From positions 36,652,304-36,716,303 of the forward strand of contig NC_092671.1 of the NCBI RefSeq assembly GCF_964355755.1: DNA of 64,000 bases, read 5' to 3'. This document shows, piece by piece, positions 27,540 to 40,885 of this stretch. This stretch comes from Antedon mediterranea. Taxonomy: Eukaryota > Animalia > Echinodermata. A program made the position numbers and the translations under genes. Position 1 is the stretch's first letter. Each line of letters starts with the position of its first letter. Below the pieces are notes generated by a model, which was not told the DNA's origin, did not search any database, and saw nothing but the letters and a program-made list of their open reading frames with translations.

Positions 27540-27683
27540 ATGGGATTTTATTATCGACAAGATCATCGCCGATCTCAAAATCACCAGAGATTTGGTGATA
27601 CAAGAAGATCAAGAAATGGTGACGGGATTAGTGATCACTCGTCTTTATCTGAAGAGTCTTTGGAAGAAGAAAGAGAGCGAATG
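27540..27683 (+). CDS. candidate alternative first coding exon of MCC
   Basis: ATG...ATG|gtaagt, 48 codons MGFYYRQDHRRSQ...SDHSSLSEESLEEERERM, phase 0. An in-frame upstream acceptor ttcAG at 27505-27506 is also possible. Confidence 0.65.
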
Positions 27684-30200
27684 GTAAGTGAATGTGTCAT
27701 AAACAAATTATATTATTTTATAAATGAAGAAAAAGGTTTCTTAATGTTTTAGAAAACTTCTGTATTTTAGTTTTACTGTACATGCATCATATGCGACTAA
27801 AAAGTCATTAAAGCTTGTTCAGACTTACAGAGTTATGGTTTTGTATCATACACAGTGTAGTGTATAACTCCATCCCTCTCAACTAGGAAAAGGTATTAGT
27901 AGAATCTACGTCAAAACAGACACTAAATTTGTCTGTTGTAATTACAGTACTGATGAAATGATACTTACCACCTAGTGTTTAACTTATTGGAAGTTGATTA
28001 TAGTGCTGACAAATTGAGGGCAGCATTCACAGTATGTTGTGTTGATGGATGTTCAGTGAAGCGTGATATTTTGGTTAAGCAAACCACGCTCCTTGGTAAT
28101 TGAGATACCATTACATTGAATATAAGCAGTTTCAATTCACAGTTGATACACTAGGCGAGGTATTTAAAGGCTTAATATTTCTACCACCAGACCACTAAAC
28201 GGTGCTCATATGATATTTAGCGTCATTTTCCAAAAGCTTGATAGAATATTTTTTGGAAGGTCATTCTAGAAGTTTATATTGTGATTGTCTTTACTGTTAA
28301 TTATTGTCTGAAGATGAAGAGCTTTAAAGGTCAAGAATAAGTTGGTAACTTTCTGATATCTTATACAAAATCTTGTTCTGAATGGAAGTTGAATAGAGGT
28401 CATGTTTCCAATGATAATTGTACAGGAGTAGATTTGCAGTTTTTGTTAGAATATCTTTATTTTCTGCACTGAGAGCAGTACCTGGTTTTCGATAAATTGT
28501 CTATAGTACAAATGACAATTTGGAAAAGGTTTTATGTTTGTGCTTTGTCCTGTTTTTAAATCGGTTGAAGTTCGAGCAGTTGTTTAAAAAGTGACAGAAG
28601 AAAGCATTTTGTTGATGAATCAAATCCAAAAAAGGCATTATTTTTTGTTGAAGCATCAAATGAAATTCAAGAAGGCATTTTGTAGATGGCTGACATGAAA
28701 TTCAAGAGGTTGAAACAGCTTTGAATCCAATATAGATTTATTGCATTTTCACAGCATAAACTAAATTATAAATCATGAAGCAGAGTTCTCTGACAAGATG
28801 TCACTCATTTTTTGTTTTCATGACAATTTTCTTCTTTTGTGTGAAGTTAGGTTACCTACTGTGAACTTAGATCTGTCAGCTGGAATAAATGAATCTGTGT
28901 GAACAATTGACTTGAAGGGAAGTACGACTTCAGTAGATCTTTACATTGATTGATTCATCTATTTTTACATCTGTTTCTCTGTTACAACCATATTTCTTTA
29001 ATTACTACCTAATCAGTTATATACTCTGGATAATAATAAAACTCACAAAGCATGGACAGAATTGTGAAAAAAAATAATTTAAAAAGAATTAGGAATGAAT
29101 GAATAGATCATGTCTGGATGGTAATAAAGTTCATAAAGTGGAAAACTAAATAATTTCAACAAATAGATTGGAAACTGAGTGAATTATTATTTGATTGGAT
29201 GCATATGGGAATATTAGAAATAGCTGCAGATGTGACAAGAATACAATTGTACCTTCTTTTTATTGTAATTAAAGACAGTGTTACATTACTATACTGACCA
29301 GTTGTGGACAATAACTGACCAGTTGTGGACAATAGAAAGGAACCGTGAAAAGAAAGACATTTTATTGTTTGGTACAGAAGTTACAAATACGAGGATTATC
29401 TATAAAAATTGGATTAAGTTAAACTTAATTAAAACCGTATCCAGATAAGAAAATTTATTCACTGGAGATGTAACCCAACAATATCTGTTTGAATTTGTTT
29501 GCACAATCGGCAGACCAAATCGTATGTAGTAATGCACGGCTGATAAAACAGTGTCCACGGTTTGAAGATTTATATACTTTATCTCCAGAAAGCAATTTCT
29601 GAAATAATTTATTACATTGCACATTTCAAAGAATATTTTTTGACACATATATAAATTAATATTTATGGCCGACCATGTAGAGATTCAGCATTAATGCCGT
29701 TGAGTAAAAACTTGTGATTTTCTTCAAAATATATTTTTAGTGCTTCATAAATTTATTGATACAAATTGATTACATACCTGTATGTTGAGATTGTCACTGA
29801 GCAACATCGGTGACATTTTTTCACGAGTTGTTTACGATCGCTGACGTTTATCAAGTACACTATTCCATGCATATCTGATCAGATTTCCATAATATAAGTA
29901 GAAGGTATTAAAAACACATAACAATTACACTGCGAAAGTTTAAAATCAAACAGGAATACAATAACTAACAGTTTTCAGATTATCAGTGTTTGTGCTATAT
30001 ACTAAAGTATGTTGGTGTGGATTTGCACTATATTGGAACTTCATTGCTAAATATAGTCCTCGGAGTTAGTAAATACAGTGTGTCTATTGGATAGCAACTT
30101 CTATGTGGTTTTGTCTGATTTCCTGAAAATTATTAAGGCATTTTAATTCAAAACTTGTTTTGTCCTGGATTCAATTCTTGGAGGTCGTGGAAGGGTCAAG

Positions 30201-30230
30201 ATGGACCCGAGGATGAAACAACAAGCAGAG
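30201..30230 (+). CDS. candidate alternative first coding exon of MCC (MDPRMKQQAE)
   Basis: Good start context caagATGG. GAG|gtttgt donor uses the same hexamer as exon 48884; phase 0; abrupt switch to T-rich intron-like sequence afterwards. Confidence 0.45.
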
Positions 30231-31389
30231 GTTTGTTATTTTCTTGATTTTTTAAATTGTCATTGTTTTTAATATTGCATTATTTAATGTACATTTAGTT
30301 TAGGATTTATCTTGGAGGGAATATTTTTTGTTTTGAAATAGAACGACAAATTGTAAGTTGTGAAGGTAGCATTAGATTATGTTTTTAAGCAGCCTATTCT
30401 CGATAATGTGTCTATTTCCAAAGTGGAGGATACAGTACAACACTTGGGAATCTGGTGTTTTTAGCAGGTAACATAGACAAACAGCTACAAATTAACAACA
30501 TATACTATAGAATAGATCCATTGTTTTTCCATTCCTAGATATCCTGAAAGATGTCCAATTTTATAAATTACAAATTGCTAACATTTTATTTGACAGCTTC
30601 CCGAGTTCACTGACTTGATTTGTCCAATGGGAGGCAACCAAAACGGTGTAAAAAAAGCTATAAACATTGCTTAGAATGCAGTGCTTAAAAGCTTAACAGA
30701 AACCTCGTTGATGTGCGACATTACGTTTAGATAACGTAAACACGTTTAGTACAAACACCTTGGATAATCCTCTGTAGAACGTTTTGTACTGGCAATTAAT
30801 TTTCAAAGTGTGGAAGCTGGCAATGTGAACTAGATGGCTTTAGTAAACACACTTAAATGGTCATTTCTGTCTTACATCGCATATAACAATTACAATTTAT
30901 ACCAATTTTAAAATATGTTTGGATACAGATTGCGTTCTTCCTGGTGTCTAAATTGTAATAAGGATTTTTTTTTATGTGTTTTTTTTCGGATGAAGTTAAT
31001 GTTGTTATATTTATATATAATTTTATATAACTTTATTCAAAAACTGAGAAGTTAGCTATCAATTTTATCATAAGTCTTGTAATCCATGTATTAATATGTA
31101 ACATATCCTAATGAAAAATAAATAATTTCTATTATATAAATAATCAATAGCATAAAAGATAGAAACGATTTGGTGAATAGTAGAAAACAGACAGGACTGG
31201 AGATATACGCAAAGCAGCCGAGGCGGGAAAGTCATCGGACTATCTGACAGACCGGCAATAAACATAAACATATACATAATTAATAAATTAAAAATTAATG
31301 ATTGTCTTGAAAGTTCTACAGTAAATTGCTATTTAACCCAATTTAACCCAATATATATCCTGTCGATCAGCATCGCATCAATCCTCTAA

Positions 31390-31556
31390 AGCTCTGTCTA
31401 CACTATCAAACTGGTTTGACAAAAAAAGTGTGATGCACCTGAATATGGTAGCGATGTGCCCAAATGTGGTAGTGATATGACATCATCATGTCCATATGGG
31501 CACGTCACATTTTTTTTTTGTCACATAAAGTTAGTGTAGATAGTGTAGACAGAGCT
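31390..31556. mobile_element. MITE family M, full
   Basis: Both TIRs, internal repeats. Confidence 0.85.
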
Positions 31557-31887
31557 TTAGATTGTCTTCTCCAGCCAAAGCCTGTCCAACAACAATTCTA
31601 TGACCAAGATAAATATCTACCATTTGCAAACAAAAGATAAAATATGGATGTAACACAACAAAGGACATTACCTCAACAAATGATTATTATTAGAAAAGCT
31701 TTTCTGAGAGGTCGAATTTATTATTTTTCATCTGAAACAAATTACTAATAAATGCTTATAAATGAATGATGAATGGTAGCCAATAAAATATTAATTCATA
31801 ATTGTATTACTAATCAAAAACATTTTTATGATTGTAATTTCATTAGTAGATTTTTGTTTTTATTTCATTGTTTTGTTTTTTAAATGC

Positions 31888-32002
31888 ACATGGGAGATCC
31901 CCAGGGTAGTACATGGGAGATCCCCAGGGTAGTACATGGGAGATCCCCAGGGTAGTACATGGGAGATCCCCAGGGTAGTACATGGGAGATCCCCAGGGTA
32001 GC
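31888..32002. repeat. minisatellite, 23-bp unit x5
   Basis: acatgggagatccccagggtagt, identical copies with no spacers. Confidence 0.95.
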
Positions 32003-32215
32003 AGATTGTAAGCAATACCTATTATATTGTAATGTGATACTATATATGTATTACAGTACTATATAATGAAAAATGATGTGTTGACACTACTAATGTTTTA
32101 TGTATGATCGATGAAATAATTTGAATGCAATAATTAACATGTTTCATCACCCTGGAAGAAACATGCACTGACAATATGTGTTAAAAAGGTAACAATAGAA
32201 AGCATGTCTGTATTA

Positions 32216-32392
32216 AGCTCTGTCTACACTATCAAACTAGTTTGACAAAAAAATGTGATGTGCCCAAATATGGTAGTGATATGCCCAAATATGGTAGTGA
32301 TATGCCCAAATATGGTAGTGATATGATATCATTATATATGGGCATATCACATTTTGTTGTCGCATTTAAAGTTTGATAGTGTAGACAGAGCT
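32216..32392. mobile_element. MITE family M, full
   Basis: Perfect 23-bp TIRs, three internal repeats. Confidence 0.88.
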
Positions 32393-32899
32393 TAGGTAGA
32401 CACTCTTATTTCATTACAATGCAGATGGATCTTAGCTGTGTCTAAATTTGTCAACTAAACTATCTGTTAAAAAATGTGGTATGCCCTACATTGTCATTCC
32501 CACCTAGAATGATCTGCTGCCGAAACTTTTTTCATAAACTGATTAGTTAAATTATACATTTTAACAATGTAATATTATGACTGTGAAATTAAAATTATAG
32601 ACAAAATATGAATTTGTATCATACTACCAATACATAAAAATAATATATAATATGTTAAGTTATTCCGTACCTATAGGCGTTGAACACCTGGTCTTACAAG
32701 ATGCGTTGATGATATGACCTTTAATTGTTCAAATTATTCAAATGAATTGTATCCTTAAGCAACATATCTATTTTAACTAGTTATAATATAAAGTACTTCA
32801 AACCTTAAGTATATAAAAGTAAACTTGGATTTGATATCATTATGAAACATACCTTGCTAATGTTCTAATCTTTGTTTAATATTAAAATTATTCACTTAA

Positions 32900-33233
32900 A
32901 GATGTATTGTCACCCTGAAAAAATAATTCTTAAATTTTTTTTTTTAAATATTCCATTTTAATGTAACATAATAGTTATCCACATTGACCAAAAATTGGAT
33001 CGAAAAAAGATTTATTTACCTGAAAAAATGTAATTTAAAGCAAAAAATTCTCAAATTGGCTGCCAGCCAATGGATTTTTGGTTGAATTTAACCATTTATT
33101 TTGTCATTTTATAAGTGAAAACTATTTTTTTTTTCTATGGAAGTGATTAATTTTATTAAAACTACAAAATAACACATTCAAAGTCTGATTTAATTAATCT
33201 TCATTTTTCATGTTTTTGGGGAAAAATACATCT
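32900..33233. mobile_element. Kolobok-like MITE family B, full copy
   Basis: TTAA|AGATGTATT ... AATACATCT|TTAA. Related pieces at ~4810-5700, ~39200-39460, ~53220-53277 and ~56945-57150. Confidence 0.78.
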
Positions 33234-33724
33234 TTAATATAGAAATATATATTCATTTTATAGTTTGCTCGCTTTGTTTTCTAATTCCTAACAATACTAA
33301 CAGTTCATTCTTAAGAAGCCCATCTTATGTCACTGATTGATTGAATAACACTATTAAATACATTCAGTGATAGCTAGTGATCTAGTACTGGGTCAACAAA
33401 GGACATGAGTAGGGCTATTGATGACTCAGCGTATTTGAATAGATGGATATGATATTATTGATTTTAGTCTAGTCCCTATATACACGTTGCATCCTAATGT
33501 CTTGCAGCGTGTTTCTTTCACCTTGGAGATAATTAATGTAAATTATTATTTATACAGATGATCATTTAAATCATTCATGTTGAATCATCTAATGCTTTTC
33601 CTTCTTTAATAGTGGAACATCTGGTATATTATTAAAATATATGAATTCAAATTATCAATTCAAACTTTAACTAGTCCTATTTCGACCTATACGGTCAATT
33701 CAGTTTTGATGTACCACCACACTG

Positions 33725-34288
33725 TCCTCTCTTTAGACACACAGCATCCTCTTAAAACACACAGCATCGCCAGTCATACATCTTCCTCTTCAGAAGCACA
33801 GCATCCTTTACAAACATCCTCCTTAGACACATAGCGTCCTCATTAGACACATTGTGTCCTCTCTTTTAGCCAGACAGCGACATCCTCCTTAGACACATGG
33901 TGTCCTCATTAGACACATTGTGTCCTCTCTTTTAGCCAGACAGCGACATCCTCCTTAGACACATAGCGTCCTCATTAGACACACAACATCCTCTTCTTTT
34001 AGACACATTGTGTCCTTTTATTTAGACAAACAGCGTCCTATTTAGACACACAGTGTCTTCTTTAGACACATAGCATCCTCTTCAAACACATTGTGTCCTC
34101 TTCTGTAGACACACAACATCCTCTTCTTTTAGACACACAGCATCCTCTTCTTTAGACACACATCGTCCTCTTCGTTAGACACATGGCACCCTCTTCGTTA
34201 GACACACATCGTCCTCTTCGTTAGACACATGGCGCCCTCTTTGTTAGACACATGGCGCCCTCTTCGTTAGACACATGGCGCCCTCTTG
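33725..34288. repeat. minisatellite, ~20-25-bp tagacacacagcatcctcttc units
   Basis: More than 20 degenerate copies. Confidence 0.9.
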
Positions 34289-34857
34289 TACTTAAGTTAC
34301 TGTTTTGTCCTTGTTACTGTTTGTTAAGCTGAAACTTATTTTACTTAGTTATTGGTCTTAAGCTCCTACTTATCTTTGTTACTCGTCGCCCATAGCAGTC
34401 AAATTTTTTTAATTAATTACTGACACAAGGATGAATCAGCAGACACCTGCAAAGGTTTCAGCAAGGTGTTCAGATCAATGGTACTTAGACTTCGGTTAAT
34501 TAGTCATTAAATGCATCAATAACAAGTCTTTCTATATCGTATTGGTATAACCTACTCTTATAGACTTCATATTGATTGACTCAATTGTAACATTGTTTTT
34601 AGTTAAAGATTTGAAAAATTATTTCTGTATAAGCGAGACAACCATGCAGCATCTAAAATGTCAGTGATAAATAAACACAAAGCAATTTTACAAAAGTAGA
34701 CAGATGAAAATGGACATTAAATTATGTTACTCTTCGTTAATATTTAATATTCTTTTATTGCTCTTTTATTGGGTCCTATCTTTTCATTGTGTTGATTTAG
34801 AAAGTCTTTTATTGAATGAATGTGTGTTGTTTTGCTGTACGTATCGCAACCGTTTTC

Positions 34858-35330
34858 ATCATGATGTCATCATCATCCCATCGTTACCACCAGATTCATC
34901 ATCATTTCAACATCTTCATCATTTCATCATCTTCATCTCATTTTCATCAACTTCATCTCATTTTCATCAACTTCATCTCATTTTCGTTATCTAATCATCA
35001 TCTCATCAGCATCATTTCATCACCATCATCTCATCATCATCATCTCATCATCATCATCATCCTCTCATCATCATCATTTCATCATCATCATCTCATCATC
35101 ATCATCTCATCATCATCATCATCCTCTCATCATCATCATTTCATCATCATCTCATAATCATTTCATTATCATCATCTCATCATCATCATTTCATTATCAT
35201 CTCATCATCATTATCATTTCATCATCATCTTCATCTCATCATTTTCATCTCATCATTTTCATCTCATCAACTTCATCTCATCATTCATCTTATCAACTTC
35301 ATCTTCATCTCATTTTCATCAACTTCATTA
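34858..35330. repeat. degenerate (CAT)n microsatellite
   Basis: catcatctcatcat runs. Confidence 0.92.
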
Positions 35331-35822
35331 TAGAGTCAATCATGTCGCAATAAGCTTTCTGTTTTTGTTACTGTCTCGCAATCAAATTCCTCTCATTCCT
35401 ATGAAATATAAAAATAGAAGTCCTCAAAGCCTCAACTCTCCATTAAACTCGTATTCGGCTATTCCACTAATTATCAGCTCATCATCCAATGATATCAACG
35501 ATAACTGTGCTTTGAAATTATCCGAGGGTATTGCAACCAATGAAGCCTATACAACTACTGTATCAATGAATTAGAGCATCCATAGATCAATTAAAATAAT
35601 TTGAAAAGTAATTGAGTAGTAAACAAAACAAAACAATTTATTTAATTAACTAGATTTAATTTTATACCAATTAGTCACCATGCTTTTTTTACAGTAATTT
35701 CAGATAAAAATGTGGTGTTTTAAGTAATTGTTCCTGTTTATTACCCAAAAATAACCAATACAATAATAAAAATATTTATTATGATAATAAAAATAATATT
35801 ATTTAGTAAATTATCTAATAAT

Positions 35823-35900
35823 GGTATGGAGTGGCTTTGTGGTTATGATGCTTGGCTACTAATCCAATGGTCCTGGGTTCAAGTCCTGTTCGTTTCAGGA
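35823..35900 (+). mobile_element. degenerate tRNA-derived SINE head
   Basis: TGGCTTTGTGG A box and GGTTCAAGTCC B box; similar minus-strand fragments at ~7785-7845 and ~54630-54715. Confidence 0.5.
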
Positions 35901-36448
35901 TTTTTTCTAATGACAAATTATAATACCTTGTTTATGTAGAGCATCTTGTGTATATGTTTGTCTTGTGAACGGATTTGCCACCTTTAAGAAGGATAGTGAA
36001 TGAATTCGCTTATGGTTATCCTTGGCAATTTGCATAAATATATAAAAACAAAAAAAAACAAAAAGTAAGAGTTCTTTATAATTTGAATTTATGTAATATT
36101 TTTGTATTTAATAATACGTACAAGTTGTTTTGCATACTATATGCACCTGCTTCTGAGCAATTTGTTTGTGATAACAAACTGACAGTATTACATTAAATAT
36201 CTAATTTTAACATAGCAAATGTTGTTGTAGATGTTTGTTGAAATGTTTAACATGAATGATTTAGTGAGCATTTTAATTACATGACATAGTGTCTATAGAT
36301 GTGTCATGTTGTCTAGCTGATACATGACATAATTTCTAGTGGTTAACATTTAATCAAATGTTTTTGAATTTTGAATAATTAATTTTCATATTTCTGCATT
36401 TGTAAAGATAGTACACATATTGTTGAATGTTAGTACTATAGTTTGTTA

Positions 36449-36922
36449 AGCCCCTTTGACACACAGCTGTAAGACGGTAATATTGCGGTAATTTGTGAAA
36501 GCCGGCTTATTTATGTGTGAAAGAGTAAAAACTCTGTATTGCTGGCTTCCGTTAGGCCCCTTCTGGACCTACTATTAGGCAGTTATTAGCACAGAGTGGT
36601 GTTGGGAAAAAATATAGGTTTTATGCAGTGTAAATAAAATCCAATAAAACTAAGCAACAGACACACAAAACAACATCAGCAAACACATGTGCGTGCATGG
36701 CATGTTTCGTCGACGATGCCTGCCATTTTTTTTCCCCTTAAAAAGTGTGACCTCTATTTTATGAAAACAGAAATCTTTAAATATTGCACCTTTTCACTGT
36801 GGCCTTTCACACAGAAAACCGTAAAATTACCGTAATATTACCTTCTGTGTGAATGGGTCTAGACCGGCAATAATACCGGCTTGCTTACTGGGATATTGCC
36901 GCAATTCTATGTGAAAAGGGCT
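36449..36922. mobile_element. PIF/Harbinger-type MITE
   Basis: TTA|AGCCCCTTTGACAC ... GTGAAAAGGGCT|TTA, with internal ttcacacag/ctgtgtgaa and ttaccg/cggtaa motifs. Confidence 0.72.
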
Positions 36923-38541
36923 TTAATCTCATTCCTGGATCATCTCCTTCAGGGTCAGATAGGGTCCAATGGGTCCAATAACCCTAAATGCTCAAATCCC
37001 CAGACACTCTTTACCACCACTTACATCCTTTATTAGAAAATTCTTTTAGGCTATTCAATGGAAATTATTGCAGAATTATTTTGAATTAATATAAATTACA
37101 TCCAATGAGGAATTATTATTACATGACAATGAGATTTATCACAGTGTTTGACCTCTGACAATAAAAGGTCATTATATTGTAACATTAATGTTTTAGTTTA
37201 TATATCACATATTTTTAAAAGTCCTTTTGGGAATAAGCATTTTTACATGTAGGGGAATGTAGGGATCGTCTATCTAATAATGGTAGGCGTGCACTATGGA
37301 TGACGTAAAGCCTAATCCGAATTTTTATTTATTTGTTTTTTATTCATTTATAAAAGATTTACAAAAAGCATACAAAAAGTCTGAAAATATTGTATTACAA
37401 ATTCACAGCAAAACTACACATAAAATTTAAACTACAAAAAAAACCATTAAAATGTAACAGTATTATTTATTAGATTACTTATTTCCACAAACAAGGACAA
37501 ATAATATTAAATTTACATTTTATTCAAAAATTAATTTCTAATTCTGATAAATACTGAGTTATCACAAAGAATCGTGAAAGAATTAAAAACCTAAAATATC
37601 TGGTTTTGTTTGGGAGAGTTTCTGGTTTCTGTTCCCCTTATGGGAGACTTCACAGTATCATAATTAATGTTGTCAGCTCTCCTCCTTGTTGGTAACAACT
37701 CTCCTACACATGGCTTTAAAGGATTTGTCTGTTGTTAAATAAGCTTACAAGAAAGGTTCAATTAAGTCCGTCACTAAATAAGGTTTCATTAAGTTACGAT
37801 ATTCAACTGTAGTCTATCAGGTGCTGGTTTCTAAGCCTCTTTTAAAATCTCTAAAGATGTATAAAATGTCATTCTATGTGGTCATAAAAGATTTTCTTAA
37901 GATTTATTATATATATTACACAACAAAATACTGTAGTGTAAATTGACATATACAGAATCTCAACTGCTTAACATTTCATCTGAAGGACAAGCTTTGAAAG
38001 AAAACCTCAGAGACACAAACAAGAAAGTCGGTCATTTTTTATTCATTTTGAATTTGTACAATTTGAATTAAAAGAAAATAAAATGCAATATTTAATCTCT
38101 GAATAATGTGTGATGTCTATATTACTATTAAATATATTTTATATTTAAATTGATCATATAGTTTTGTTACTAATGCATGTCGGGAATATGAAAGGAGAGA
38201 AAACGTTTGTTGCAAACCGAATTGGAACAAGATTAATGAATGTAATAAATAACAATGAAATATATTTATTATAGTGGACCTAAATATGCAAGGCTACTAA
38301 CTAGGTTTGTTACCATGGTTATATAACCTATTGGAAAAACTCATTGTATCCTAAGCCTATATCTACTTAAATTCTATTGAGCTATGTTATAATATAATAC
38401 ACACTTATAATAAAAACTTTTGATTAATATTTTATCTGTTTTATGTTAACAGTATACTTCTGTATTTATAATATATATATTATATATTGTGATTATGATT
38501 ACAGTTTTTTAAATTAATTAAAGTGATCTTCATTTTGTTAA

Positions 38542-39163
38542 AGACACCTTCCCTACGTTTTTTAGATCTATTTTAAGATCACAAACTATATTTAATCTAA
38601 AAATAATACTATATGGTCCTATTGCGATAACTTTTTTCGTCTTTAAATGGTTAAAAATGTGAAAAATAAGTCGATTCTAATAATTATAGAGGCCCGCTAT
38701 AAATCCCAAAATGCATTGCGCGCGGATAGATATTTCTGTTTTTCTTCTGTAATTCACCCACTTTTCGATCGATCGTGAGGCTAAAACAAATGGAAGACTC
38801 CTAACTTTTCAGCGAAAATACTGGTTTTCCTCAATTTGTATCAACGGAGTCTGGCATGAATAGAAAGACAATTAATGCAGCAACTATACGTCAGGCTAGG
38901 TATATAGCTAGCGTACGATGTTCGTATGTTACCGATGTTTACCAGCTAGGCCTACAAAACTAAGCCTAGCTAGGCTAGGCCTAAAGACCATCCACGAGAG
39001 GTCAGTCGCCGCAAGCTACCTAGGTAGTGCATTGTTTCTCACTTTTTATCGTAATTTACCATAAAACAAACATTTAAGACAAGGAATGACCTAGTTTAAT
39101 GTTTTTAAAGTAATATATATGTATTATTTTTACAAAACGTCACAAATTGTAGGGAAGGTGTCT
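38542..39163. mobile_element. non-autonomous DNA transposon, Kolobok-like family A, copy 2 (inverted relative to copy 1)
   Basis: TTAA TSD; perfect 15-bp TIR AGACACCTTCCCTAC / GTAGGGAAGGTGTCT. Interior matches 4918-5543 in reverse complement. Confidence 0.88.
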
Positions 39164-39199
39164 TTAAGTTATTTATTAAGAAGTAGTATTAAACATAGT

Positions 39200-39460
39200 T
39201 AGGCCTATTCACTTTGACCAAAAACTGGATTAAAAAAAACAACTTCCCAGAAAGAAATGTAATTTAAAGCAAACTATACATAAATTGTCGGTCAGACAAT
39301 GGTTTTTGGTTGAAATTAACCGTTTCTTTTGTCTTTTTAAGTGAAATGATTATTTTTGTTCATTTTGTTTTTCTACAGAAGTTAATAACTTTTTTAAAAC
39401 TGCAAAATGGCCTATTCAAAGTCTGATTTGTTTATGTTTATGTGGGACAATACATCTTTT
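39200..39460. mobile_element. Kolobok-like MITE family B partial copy
   Basis: Aligns to 32900-33233 (ttgaccaaaaactggat ... gggacaatacatct). Confidence 0.7.
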
Positions 39461-40179
39461 AAAAAGAAATATTATTTGGTTATTTTTTAAATTAAGCAAA
39501 TGTGTTTAAAATGTTGCCTATTAGCCAGTACAGTATAGTTATAAGTTAATTAAAAATTCATGTTAAAAGCTATTTATTACACAGTAATATTAATAAACCA
39601 TTGTTATAAAGTGTTTAGTTATACAGTACTAGCAAATGAACGAGTTGATCTTTGACATAAGTATTGGATAATTAGTCAAATTCCTTCTTTGTGAAGATAA
39701 TCTAAGAAAAGCCAAGTATGATGTAGAATAAACAAGAACCCCACTTTTGCTAAACAGAGTGTGAATCGTTCTTAGCCAATCAACATGTTCATAGCAAATA
39801 GGATTAGACTGGTGTAGATTTGCACAGCTCTGCATACAACCTTGGAAGACTGATCATTGAGTACAACACTAGGCCATAGACATAAGCTATACAGGTGTAG
39901 GAACAACTTTACCAGGAGTTATGGTTACTTTGTGTGGATATTTTTATTCAATAGCAATATTTGTGTGCTAAAGCAAGTTTTTAATGGGCTTACTGTGGTT
40001 TGGTGTACGGATTTTACTCTCTTGAATCTATACATTGTTGGGATATTATGAGGCCTTGTTGTCGTAACTGTGAGGTAGGGTATACAGATATTGATAATAA
40101 TATAGTCAGTGAGTTTGTTGGTTGCCTCCATAGATTTTATCATCACCTGGAAAGATACTTCAATAGGAAACATACTTAC

Positions 40180-40765
40180 TATACTGTACACTATATGTAT
40201 ACGGTCAAACTCTCTTTCTATATTGTAGATATAGCTTTGAATTTGATAGATTCAAAAGTAAGACTTCTAAAGCTCTGTCCACACTATCAAACTGTATGTG
40301 ACAAAAAAATGTAGTAGTGACAAAAATATATACTGTACTATATGTATACGGTCAAACTCTCTTTCTATATTGTAGATATAGCTTTGAATTTGATAGATTC
40401 AAAAGTAAGACTTCTAAAGCTCTTTCCACACTATCAAACTGTATGTGACAAAAAAAATGTAGTAGTGACAAAAATATATACTGTACTATATGTATACGGT
40501 CAAACTCTCTTTCTATATTGTAGATATAGCTTTGAATTTGATAGATTCAAAAGTAAGACTTCTAAAGCTCTGTCCACACTATCAAACTGTATGTGACAAA
40601 AAAATGTAGTAGTGACAAAAATATATACTGTACTATATGTATACGGTCAAACTCTCTTTCTATATTGTAGATATAGCTTTGAATTTGATAGATTCAAAAG
40701 TAAGACTTCTAAAGCTCTGTCCACACTATCAAACTGTATGTGACAAAAAAATGTAGTAGTGACAA
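40180..40765. repeat. tandem repeat, 147-148-bp unit x4, containing a MITE M left end
   Basis: acggtcaaac at 40201, 40348, 40496 and 40643. Confidence 0.93.
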
Positions 40766-40885
40766 CAAAATGTGATGTGCCCAAATATGGACATGATGAT
40801 GTCATATCACTACCATATTTGAGCATATCGCTACCATATTTGGGCACATCACACTTTTTTTGTCAAACTAGTTTAATAGTGTAGA
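40713..40885. mobile_element. MITE family M at the end of the 147-bp tandem array
   Basis: Left TIR, internal repeats, eroded right TIR. Confidence 0.8.

Noticed and set aside
31888-32002. CRISPR-like short repeats
   Set aside because: Head-to-tail identical 23-mers with no spacers, no cas genes, eukaryotic context.
34704-35157. His/Ser/Ile-rich ORFs
   Set aside because: Translation of a (CAT)n microsatellite; no convincing splice sites or homology.
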